A DNA stretch of 19,856 nucleotides from Candidatus Hodarchaeota archaeon (GCA_029856365.1 JAHQWW010000070.1:1-19856); one strand, 5' to 3'. Positions 1 through 8,043 are shown, numbered from the stretch's first letter. The notes: generated by a model not told the origin, from the sequence alone. Program-made: numbers and translations.

Positions 1-80
1 CATTGATTCTTAAAATTTTAACCGATAAATTTGATTTAAATTGAGTTAATTTTTAATAATCTTAAGTAATTAAAAATAAC

Positions 81-99
81 AAAAGTAAAACTTTATATA
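81..99 (+). promoter_or_regulatory. archaeal BRE + TATA box upstream of the wHTH gene (probably leaderless or short leader)
   Basis: A-rich aaaagtaaaac followed by TTTATATA (92-99); ATG at 129; 12-bp palindrome ataaaattttat (104-115) between them. Confidence 0.5.
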
Positions 100-128
100 T
101 TTTATAAAATTTTATTAATCTGAGAAAC

Positions 129-1109
129 ATGAACCAACAAGAAGAGCAACTTTTTTCCCTTATTGCTGCTGATGTTCCGTTGACAATACTTTCGGAACTC
201 ATTATAGAAAAAGAGTTGACTATTTATGACTTCAATGACAATACCAATTCTCTAGCACAATATAGATATGCTTTACAAAAACTACTTGCCAACAAAATTA
301 TTCAATCAAGAAGAAAAAATAGAAAATGTTACTATTCTCTCTCTCCTGCTTATAAAGACAAAATCAGGTCGTTAATAACCTGTTATTTATCGTTTAATCG
401 GAAGAATATCTTGAAAATTTTACAAAATTTTGATGGATGGGCTTTTAGAGATAAATCTGCACTACGACTTTATGTCCCCTTTCTTACGCTTGTTTCGTCA
501 AAATATACCATTTCTGTGCGAAGTATTAAGGAACAAGAAAGATTAGAACAGCTTCTCCCTAATTTAGACTCTCTTTTTGACATAAAAGTCCAACCAACCT
601 ATTTTAGGATGTCAACCCACTATGTTCTCAAATTCAATGGTTATCCTGTATTAAGACCAGAGATAATCTTTCCTAACCTTCTTAAATCTGATGACGCCCG
701 AGTACGCCTCGCCACAATATTCCTCTTACCATACATTCAACCAGATTTATTTTACAGGCAAATTAAACAAGATAAAAGAATTTTTTTGACTACTGTTTAT
801 TTATTATTTGCTTTACAGGAGTTTCTTCAAGAGGAGAGTCAAGAGAAAAGGAGAGATTTTTTCAAGACATGGTTCTATAATTTTGACCAAATGGATCATA
901 TAATGATTTTTGACCGATTCTTGATCATTTATTCTCAGACAAGCTCCAAGAAAAAAGCATCTGAAACTTTTTTCCGATCCTTACAGAAAACGTGGAAAAA
1001 GCAAAACGATCGTTTTACGAAGTGGGATCAAGTGGCTAATCTTGTATCAGATCGTTTAGTGACATTCTATCCCAAATCATTTGTTGAATTAACATCAATT
1101 GAGGCATAA
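129..1109 (+). CDS. winged-helix protein, AbiEi-like putative antitoxin/regulator
   Basis: N-terminal wHTH-like segment (YALQKLLANKIIQSRRKNRKCYYSLS); directly upstream of and co-oriented with an NTase gene. Confidence 0.55.
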   Translation: MNQQEEQLFSLIAADVPLTILSELIIEKELTIYDFNDNTNSLAQYRYALQKLLANKIIQSRRKNRKCYYSLSPAYKDKIRSLITCYLSFNRKNILKILQNFDGWAFRDKSALRLYVPFLTLVSSKYTISVRSIKEQERLEQLLPNLDSLFDIKVQPTYFRMSTHYVLKFNGYPVLRPEIIFPNLLKSDDARVRLATIFLLPYIQPDLFYRQIKQDKRIFLTTVYLLFALQEFLQEESQEKRRDFFKTWFYNFDQMDHIMIFDRFLIIYSQTSSKKKASETFFRSLQKTWKKQNDRFTKWDQVANLVSDRLVTFYPKSFVELTSIEA

Positions 1110-1140
1110 ATACAATAGCGAAAACAGGTATGACCCATAA

Positions 1141-1821
1141 ATGACCTCTAAAGACATTTTCGGAATTATAGATTTATCCACTATTCGAAAGATCCAAGAA
1201 GCTGTCCAAAAAGATTCTGATATTATGTGTCTTCCTATTGGAGGTACATATCTTCAAGTCAAATACCCCTCTGAGGCGAGAGGTTCTGAAGATATCGATT
1301 TTATTGTATTTCACAAGAAGGACATTAATGAATCAGAATTAGAACGAATGGTTATAGAACGATTACAGTCAATCAATTGTCGGAGATATACAGAATCAAA
1401 TAACCCTCTGGGTTTTAAAACACACATGGGAATTAAAGTCCACGTTTATAATCAAAATATAGATGAGTTCGAAATATCAGCTGCTATGAAAGAGAGGGCT
1501 AGTACTAATCATAGTCTTGCTATAGAAGATTTTGTCTTTTTAAAATTATTACTTTCTGATAGGGAAAAAGATATTGGAGACATAATATTCATTTTACAAA
1601 ACAACCAGAATTTTGATTGGAACCAACTGTTCACAGAATTAAAGAGCCAATTGGAGAAGTTTGAGAGAAAGAACGGGCCTAGTACCACAACAAGAAAAGT
1701 TACCGATATTGGAGCAACATTGGAACAAATCAAGGATGAATATCCCGACTTGGTTTCACATGAAACACTGAAATTGATAACTGAATTGTATTTTTTTTAT
1801 GATTCGTTCCTAGGAAGCTAA
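1141..1821 (+). CDS. Pol-beta-superfamily nucleotidyltransferase, AbiEii/DUF6036-like putative toxin
   Basis: IGGTYL...RGSEDIDF (GG...R.x.DxD) and EDFVFLKLLLSDREKDIGD (KL...R.KD..D) motifs. Confidence 0.75.
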   Translation: MTSKDIFGIIDLSTIRKIQEAVQKDSDIMCLPIGGTYLQVKYPSEARGSEDIDFIVFHKKDINESELERMVIERLQSINCRRYTESNNPLGFKTHMGIKVHVYNQNIDEFEISAAMKERASTNHSLAIEDFVFLKLLLSDREKDIGDIIFILQNNQNFDWNQLFTELKSQLEKFERKNGPSTTTRKVTDIGATLEQIKDEYPDLVSHETLKLITELYFFYDSFLGS

Positions 1822-2357
1822 TCATTAGTAATTAGATAGAAATCTCCACCACATTCTGCAAGATGAGCAAGAATTATTACAATAAGAAATAATGAAATCC
1901 AAACCAAGTTTTGATAAATAGTCATAATCAAAATTATTGAAAGGGCAGCTGTGATCAGAAAGCAAGGGGCCAAACAGACAATGATAAGTTGGTTCCTGAA
2001 GAAAATTCCTTTAGAATAAGCATAGAAAACAGGAATAACATTATACATTATTTTGAATCCATATTTTACATTATTTCCATAGAATCTAAAAACAAGACCA
2101 TAAATTCCTTCATGAAGGCATCCAATAATTAACATAACAATAAGAGGGGAAACAGGATCAATAATGATTTGGAATTCCCCTGGGAGATTAATTATCCCTA
2201 AGAAGAATAAAAACAATATACTAATGAAAAGTCCAATAACACTTAAGACTAGACCCACGATTGTTATCCAGATAATAGTTTCACGATTATTATTAATTTC
2301 GCTTACTTTATACCATGCAGGATGAGGCTGTTTCTCTTGAGATGATATGTGGACCAC
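1818..2357 (-). pseudogene. DUF3267-like membrane zincin-type protein, probably damaged
   Basis: TM helices, LHEGIYG (HExxH with second His replaced by Tyr), LAP, and GGDFY; ends 5 codons after GDFY, overlapping the NTase stop; in-frame upstream ATG (2399) is cut off by TAA at 2375-2373. Confidence 0.55.
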
Positions 2358-2496
2358 CTTTCTTTGAATTGATTATAAGACGATTATTTCTGAATCCATC
2401 TAAAAAACCTGATATTTTTTGTAATTAAAAATATCCATAATAATATGAAATTAAAATGACTACCAATCTCAGAAAATTTCTCATAAGGGAAAATTT

Positions 2497-2985
2497 TTGA
2501 AAATCAACCGCAAAAACCCAAGTGATAGAAATAAGATCAAACCTAAATTCGTTAGAAGAGAGTATTACAACAAAGATCCTGAATTGAGTATCGATACAAT
2601 TACATTGAAACGACTAAAAGCAAAAGGAACTATTTTGACAAAGCTGACTATTGCTTTGCGACCTCTTTCTATTCGCATTTTTTATCATTCAGTAATTATT
2701 GCATTCATTCTATTAATTCTGGTTATTATGTCAAACAGTGTATCAAGTACATTTACTTTAGGTGTCACACTCCTTCTCGGCATGTTAATTCTACTCCCTT
2801 GGGCATTAAGTAGACAAGTTTGGGATAGTGAAAAAGCTAAAGTAATGTTAGAATATCATAGTAGTTCATTCCGCGCTGGAGCATATCGTTTTGGAACCTT
2901 TATTCGATGGATGTATGTTCTAGCTATAATTATTGTCATATTTTTCCTTGTTGTTGGTTTTTTTCGGGGATATTGGTTTCTTTAA
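2497..2985 (+). CDS. hypothetical membrane protein (about 3 TM, basic N-terminus); start codon uncertain
   Basis: 162-aa ORF with three hydrophobic stretches; a paralogous 5' fragment lies at 12880-13086. Confidence 0.7.
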   Translation: MKINRKNPSDRNKIKPKFVRREYYNKDPELSIDTITLKRLKAKGTILTKLTIALRPLSIRIFYHSVIIAFILLILVIMSNSVSSTFTLGVTLLLGMLILLPWALSRQVWDSEKAKVMLEYHSSSFRAGAYRFGTFIRWMYVLAIIIVIFFLVVGFFRGYWFL

Positions 2986-3127
2986 AGCAATAAAACCTTC
3001 CCTTCAATATTCACATAGGAACCTTTGGTGATAATTCCATAATTTCTAATTTATCAGCTGAAAACCAAATACTTCAACCTTAATATAACTAAATCTCTGG
3101 AATATAAAGATTAATAACTCCTCTACC

Positions 3128-3153
3128 ATGGCGTGCCCCTGACGAGCTATCAG
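3128..3153 (+). repeat. GC-rich dispersed repeat, copy R1 (short internal fragment)
   Basis: atggcgtgcccctgacgagctatcag matches 3381-3406, 5702-5727 and 7018-7043. Confidence 0.8.
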
Positions 3154-3308
3154 AGACGGGGAAGTGGAGTCAGGTCACTCAAATAACCGACACCCACGCC
3201 ATTACTAACGATTTTACTGACGGGATTGTCCCTGGTTTCTCCCTCGTCATTCTCTTCCTTAGTTTCCTGATCACTATCATACAAAGAAGAAGAAAAAGGC
3301 CGATTTGA
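3153..3308 (+). pseudogene. orphan 3' gene fragment encoding a PGF-CTERM-like anchor
   Basis: Translates ETGKWSQVTQITDTHAITNDFTDGIVPGFSLVILFLSFLITIIQRRRKRPI*; no in-frame ATG back to TAA at 3105; 16 mismatches in 156 nt versus 7765-7920. Confidence 0.8.
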
Positions 3309-3320
3309 TCCTAGGCAATT

Positions 3321-3436
3321 GTTAGAGCGAAACGAGTTTGGTTATCGAGAGCAGCACTTAGGTTGATGTTAGATCCTCCGATAGGGTGCCCCTGGCGAGC
3401 CACCAGAAGCCAGCTTGCTTTCTGGAGCGATACTCT
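3321..3436 (+). repeat. GC-rich dispersed repeat, copy R2
   Basis: gttagagcgaaacgag...gagagcagcacttaggttgatgttaga...atagggtgcccctggcgagccaccagaagccagcttgctttctggagcga; blocks shared with R3, R4 and R5. Confidence 0.85.
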
Positions 3437-3803
3437 CAACTTTCATTTGCATAAAAAAATTGTGTGAATTTCACCATAAATTGATGTCATCTGACCTAAG
3501 ATAATACAGGATTTCCTTATATCGATATTATACTCACAACCAAAGTCACAATCGTTGTGGAAAAAGTTTGACAAAATAAACTGTCTCTTAATGTGATTAA
3601 AAGACATGATTTCCAAAAGAATAGGTAAAAAGAAAGAGTACTCCTTGAAGCTGAATTTTAAAAAGGACTGGAGAAAAAAATAAACATTTTAGACCTTGGA
3701 AGCATTTTGAAAACAATGTTTATTAAGCTAAATAGTCTAAACATTCTTATTTCTTTTTTCATCAAGTTTTCTGCTTGTCTCCATTGAAGGGGAAGAATTT
3801 TCT

Positions 3804-4751
3804 TTGTGTTATCGGATCTGTATCGTGAAAAACCTCAGTAAGTCAATTGCTGGCCAGCTGATCATCAATAATATATCCTTTATAATTGTGAAAGGAAAAA
3901 TTACTGCTATAATTGGTCCTAATGGCGCAGGTAAGACAACTCTTATGAAATTAATTATGGGGACAATCAATCCAGATTCAGGAAGCATTTTGGTATTAAA
4001 TGATGTGATTGAAAAATCAAGTATCCGTGAACAGGTTGGGTATATTCCTGAACATTTAGAATTTCCCCCAAGATCGACACCTAAGCATTTTCTTCGTCAT
4101 CTCTGTATATTGAATTCTTTCACGTTTCAACAGGCCCAGAATCATATTTATCAGATTGCTAAGAACCTTGAATTTGGTTCACTTCTAAACAAGGGATTTT
4201 CTACTCTCAGTGCAGGGATGCGGCAAAAAATTCGTTTGGCTGTGGGATTTATGCATCAAGATCTCCAATTTTTATTGGTAGATGAGCCAACAACGAACCT
4301 TGATATTCTTGCAAGAGAGATTTTCTTAAACTTTCTTCAACAAAATGTTCGTGAGAATGGTTTAACTGTCTTTTATAGCAGTCATGTGTTTCCAGAAGTT
4401 AAACGGATAGCAGATTATTTGTTTATTTTGCATGAAGGTTCAGTGGTTGGACAATATGATTTTTGTGAGTCAATACTTAAACACAAAACTAGGAATTATC
4501 GGCTTCGTGTTGACAATATCCATTTGGCTGTTAGAGTCCTAGAGGCTAACGGTTTTTCTGTCTCTCTGATTCACAACGACTCTCTCCTGCTTAAGTTACA
4601 ATCCCAACAGAAATCTAACGATTCTATTGATTTGCTTCGTAAGCATGATATCCAAATCCATTCTTTCACTGAAGATCCCCATGTGGAAGCCTTTAGTCAA
4701 TTACTCAAGATACAACAAACGACATCAGAAAAACTAATTCTGGAGAATTAA
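3804..4751 (+). CDS. ABC transporter ATP-binding protein (ABC-2/CcmA-like exporter)
   Basis: Walker A GPNGAGKTT, signature LSAGMRQK, Walker B LLVDEP, H-loop SSH. Confidence 0.92.
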   Translation: MCYRICIVKNLSKSIAGQLIINNISFIIVKGKITAIIGPNGAGKTTLMKLIMGTINPDSGSILVLNDVIEKSSIREQVGYIPEHLEFPPRSTPKHFLRHLCILNSFTFQQAQNHIYQIAKNLEFGSLLNKGFSTLSAGMRQKIRLAVGFMHQDLQFLLVDEPTTNLDILAREIFLNFLQQNVRENGLTVFYSSHVFPEVKRIADYLFILHEGSVVGQYDFCESILKHKTRNYRLRVDNIHLAVRVLEANGFSVSLIHNDSLLLKLQSQQKSNDSIDLLRKHDIQIHSFTEDPHVEAFSQLLKIQQTTSEKLILEN

Positions 4752-4753
4752 TT

Positions 4754-5596
4754 GTGACAAACACTTGGGATTTGATCAAAATCGAATTATATCATATTCG
4801 TGCCCGAATCTTTGCCTTCTGGGGCATTTATCTCGTCCTCGGGTCTCTAATTAGTCTAGTTTGGTTCAACAGCTTACCTGGCCAGGAAAGTACTATCAGA
4901 TCTTTTCTTCAATTTAATCTGACATCAAGTGCACTCGATTGCTTTCTCCAAACTCCCCCTTATCTGATTCTGTCCACATTTTGTACCATTTTAATTGGTC
5001 CCTCTATAATCCTTCTTGTTATAGATATTATTCCTACCGAAATTGCAACCAGTCAACTTCTGGTGATGAAAACTTCTGGAACAGAACTACAACGTATCTA
5101 TAACATCCGCATTCTCCTTATTACATTCGGTTTTCTCTTTCCTCATTTATGTATATGGGCATTTATTCATATTTTGACTGTGGTACATCTTGTCAATGGA
5201 TCTGTTATTTTTTATGATGCGTTATTTCTATCTTTCTTGCAGTATCTATTTTTTGGTTTTATATTTCTCGTATTCCTCGTTTTTTGTCTTTTATTAGCCT
5301 TCCTTCTTTCAACAACCTTAGAGAATCAAGTTACCTCCTCTTTTATAGCAATTTCTGCTTTTTTAATCCCAGAAATCGTACAATCATTCTTATATTACCA
5401 AGAAATTGATTTTACTATGTCCATCTCCGCGATATTTAATAATTTATATTATTCTATTCCTTCCCCAGATGGAAAAGTTAAGCTTCTTTCCGCATCCAAT
5501 TCTTATGTCTTTATAGGCCTAATAGGACTTCTTACTATCGTACTTGGGCTGATTTTAGCATTTAATTGGATGATTCAGAAGAAAGAAGTTTATTGA
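4754..5596 (+). CDS. ABC-2 type transporter permease
   Basis: About 6 TM helices; starts 2 nt after the ATPase stop; LIKIEL N-terminus and KKEVY C-terminus typical of ABC-2 permeases. Confidence 0.8.
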   Translation: MTNTWDLIKIELYHIRARIFAFWGIYLVLGSLISLVWFNSLPGQESTIRSFLQFNLTSSALDCFLQTPPYLILSTFCTILIGPSIILLVIDIIPTEIATSQLLVMKTSGTELQRIYNIRILLITFGFLFPHLCIWAFIHILTVVHLVNGSVIFYDALFLSFLQYLFFGFIFLVFLVFCLLLAFLLSTTLENQVTSSFIAISAFLIPEIVQSFLYYQEIDFTMSISAIFNNLYYSIPSPDGKVKLLSASNSYVFIGLIGLLTIVLGLILAFNWMIQKKEVY

Positions 5597-5610
5597 AAGC
5601 AGGCTATCGG

Positions 5611-5787
5611 TGAAACGAGCATCCTCAGTGAATGTAAGCTGAAGTAATGGTCTCTTCGGAGATCGTGGAGAGCAGCGCTTAGGTTGATGTTAGAAACTCG
5701 GATGGGGTGACCCTGACGAGCTAACAAAAGCCAGATTACTCTCTGGAGCGACGCCCTTCTATTTTCTTAGAATTAGAAGTCAAATAC
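5611..5787 (+). repeat. GC-rich dispersed repeat, copy R3 (longest; contains a cUUCGg hairpin)
   Basis: gaaacgag...gagagcagcgcttaggttgatgttaga...atggggtgaccctgacgagc...ctctggagcgacgcccttct...ttcttagaattagaagtcaaatac; hairpin at 5647-5666. Confidence 0.85.
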
Positions 5788-5924
5788 AAGTTTTCAATAT
5801 GTAATTCACCTAAATAGGATCTCTTTTCTATTACTTTTAGATGAATATGTATTTATTATAGGGTTAGAAATGAGATGACAATTCTATCAAGATGGATTAT
5901 TCGATTGCAAATTAATATATTCAA

Positions 5925-5942
5925 ACTAAAAACTTTTATATA
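5925..5942 (+). promoter_or_regulatory. archaeal BRE + TATA box
   Basis: actaaaaact followed by TTTATATA (5935-5942), 40 nt upstream of ATG 5975. Confidence 0.5.
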
Positions 5943-5974
5943 TTGGAGTAATTCTTTAATAAATCAGAGTAGAC

Positions 5975-6442
5975 ATGTTTCTTGACATGAATAACGAAAT
6001 GAGTATTGATAAAGTTTTTGGCACTCTCTCTGCCCAAAGAATCTTCTTTACTTTAGCTGTATGGGAAAAGCTAGCTGTATCTGATATTATTACTAAAACG
6101 AAGTTAAGTGAGAGTCAAATCCATCAAACCTTGAAGAAATTATCCAATGTTCAAATGGTGGAAAAGGTCTCACGAGGAGTTTATGCTCTAACCAAGACTA
6201 CTACTACCGAACATTTAAAGAAATTCTATTCGCAGCTATTAATTGAACACGTAGGGGAGGAATTGTATAGGTTATCTAAGAGTATCGATACTCAACCGAT
6301 TGAAGCTGTTTCTGTTCAGTTAAATGCCTTACTTCTTCAATGGAAACCATTAATTGACCAACATTATTCTTTTAGAGTATCCTCATTGGTTGAAGCTATC
6401 ATTGATAAATCGGTGTATGAGCAGAATGTCATTAACGAGTAA
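5975..6442 (+). CDS. winged-helix transcription regulator (ArsR/TrmB-like fold)
   Basis: LAVSDIITKTKLSESQIHQTLKKLSNVQMVEKVSRGVYAL is HTH + wing. Confidence 0.75.
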   Translation: MFLDMNNEMSIDKVFGTLSAQRIFFTLAVWEKLAVSDIITKTKLSESQIHQTLKKLSNVQMVEKVSRGVYALTKTTTTEHLKKFYSQLLIEHVGEELYRLSKSIDTQPIEAVSVQLNALLLQWKPLIDQHYSFRVSSLVEAIIDKSVYEQNVINE

Positions 6443-6905
6443 TCATTTTTTGAACCTCGTTGCCGAAGCGCGAAAATTAATTTTACGTGAATTTAATGTA
6501 CATACGAGTGCTAAGGTTGAATTATGCACAGAAATTGAACTCGCTGAAATAATACTTGATGATGCTCAGAGACGAAATCTGTCTAAACAAAAAATCCAGC
6601 ACATTATGCAGTTACTTCCTTTTTTATATGGAAAATATTTCCTCCATTCACACACCGCCTACGTTATTCTTGGAAGAGGAGACAACTTAGCAATAATTAT
6701 CCATGAATTATTGCATTCTATCCAATTATGTGCACCTAATAGAGAAGATATTGTGGATTATATCTCCTATAAATTAACAAATGAGACAAAATTTATTGAT
6801 CCAGCATTAAAACGAGAATGGGAGGAACTTGAAAGAATCTACACATGGGAAAAAATCAAACATCGTCTTTTGATTGCAGGTAATTGCGAAGACTTTGACT
6901 GGTAG
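6417..6905 (+). CDS. small HEXXH zincin-like metallopeptidase (start probably ATG 6417 or 6426, not 6354)
   Basis: IIIHELLHSIQ motif followed by RE; overlaps the end of the wHTH gene, suggesting translational coupling. Confidence 0.65.
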   Translation: MSRMSLTSNHFLNLVAEARKLILREFNVHTSAKVELCTEIELAEIILDDAQRRNLSKQKIQHIMQLLPFLYGKYFLHSHTAYVILGRGDNLAIIIHELLHSIQLCAPNREDIVDYISYKLTNETKFIDPALKREWEELERIYTWEKIKHRLLIAGNCEDFDW

Positions 6906-6919
6906 ACCGTACCCAAACG

Positions 6920-6968
6920 GAAAAAACTGTCTGTTTCAGTTAATTTGTTCTGGAAAGACTGTTTTTTC
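6920..6968 (+). terminator. long imperfect inverted repeat after the peptidase gene
   Basis: Left arm gaaaaaactgtctgtttcag; reverse complement of right arm gaaaaaacagtctttccag; ends in a T-run. Confidence 0.5.
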
Positions 6969-7017
6969 ACTTGTAAGTATCAAAACTGCTTTGTTAAAAA
7001 TCTATCAAAATGGTCCA

Positions 7018-7103
7018 ATGGGGTGCCCCTGACGAGCCACCAGGAGCTGGGTTTCTCTCTGGAGCGACGCCCTTCTTCTTTCTTAGAATTAGAAGTCAAA
7101 TAC
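7018..7103 (+). repeat. GC-rich dispersed repeat, copy R4 (3' half)
   Basis: atggggtgcccctgacgagccaccagg...ctctctggagcgacgcccttct...ttcttagaattagaagtcaaatac, colinear with 5702-5787. Confidence 0.85.
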
Positions 7104-7250
7104 TAATTTGTATTTTGTAATCCATGTAAAAATCAAAAAAAAAGAGAAATGAAAAAAATAGAGTTCAATTGTGAACAAGTAATACCCAAAAAGAGGCCAA
7201 ACTAGGATCTCAAGCAAAAGTTATTAATTAGTAAAAACTGAGAATCTCTG

Positions 7251-7920
7251 ATGGGGAAAGTGACTCCTAACAAAAGACCCTTGGTAAAGACTACAGAAAG
7301 CCTGATCATTATCCTGCTTCTCTTAATCCTTTCTGTTCTCAGGTGTCCTCCCATTACAAAATGAAAACACTCAGTCTAGCTTGATCAGATCTGTATCGGC
7401 TTCCAGGGATTATTCTTCCTACACTCCAAGAGCCTTCCGCTCAGATTCAGGCCAACCCCATCTCCTCTTTCTTCATAATACTCAGCAGTATGATTTTGGT
7501 GACGCTAACTTTTATCATTCTTATGAATTGGAAGATCGTAGCTGGTCAGTACCGTTTAAGCTGGAGGGTTTAGCCTTCTCAGATATTAATTTTTTGGTTA
7601 ATCTTATGGTTATTAAAAGTGAATCCTGTGAAGATGACTTCTGTGTCTATTATAATAACGAGGGAGAACTATTCAAAAAAGCCTATGATGGCCAATAACA
7701 TCAATGGTCGGATTCTGAAAAACTGTTTTTCAGACACGAGATCTTTACCGTCTTGTATCACACTGAGACGGGGAAGTGGAGTCAGGTCACTCAAATCACC
7801 GATACCTGCGCCATTACTGATGATTATATTGACGGGATTGTCCCTGGTTTTTCCCTCGTCATTCTCTGCCTTAGTTTCTTGATCGCTATCATACTCAGAA
7901 GAAGAAAAAGGCCCGTTTGA
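7251..7920 (+). pseudogene. disrupted secreted/cell-surface protein with PGF-CTERM-like C-terminal anchor
   Basis: ATG 7251 gives a signal-like MGKVTPNKRPLVKTTESLIIILLLLI; frameshift near 7327-7350 into the frame of ORF 7381; in-frame TAA at 7696-7698; frame continues to ...DGIVPGFSLVILCLSFLIAIILRRRKRPV* (7920). Confidence 0.8.
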
Positions 7921-7932
7921 TCCCAAGAAATC

Positions 7933-7979
7933 GTTAGAGCAAAAAGAGCTAGCTTAACGAGAGCAGCGCTTAGGTTGAT
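7933..7979 (+). repeat. GC-rich dispersed repeat, copy R5 (5' part)
   Basis: gttagagcaaaaagagctagcttaacgagagcagcgcttaggttgat, colinear with 3321-3367. Confidence 0.8.
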
Positions 7980-8043
7980 CCTAAGATTATAATAATCTTG
8001 GGAAGTCACAAAATAAGTGTCATATAGAGAGAGATGACTGAAA

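Noticed and set aside
5612-5725. Active hammerhead ribozyme as an annotated feature
   Set aside because: Cleavage triplet and stem II are not intact, and the downstream position reads GACG/GATA rather than GAAA; kept only as a hypothesis
7018-7072. SECIS element or selenocysteine mini-ORF (ATG GGG TGC CCC TGA) in the repeat
   Set aside because: With UGAC/CGAC as the quartet the following stem does not pair; upstream genes have no plausible in-frame Sec TGA; the ATG is not conserved in R2
3153-7979. Diversity-generating retroelement TR/VR pair (3153-3367 vs 7765-7979)
   Set aside because: Mismatches are of mixed type and not confined to adenines of one copy on either strand; no reverse transcriptase in the window
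3128-7979. CRISPR array or canonical integron attC sites
   Set aside because: Repeats are long, divergent and kilobases apart; no consistent RYYYAAC...GTTRRRY boundaries; no cas or intI gene
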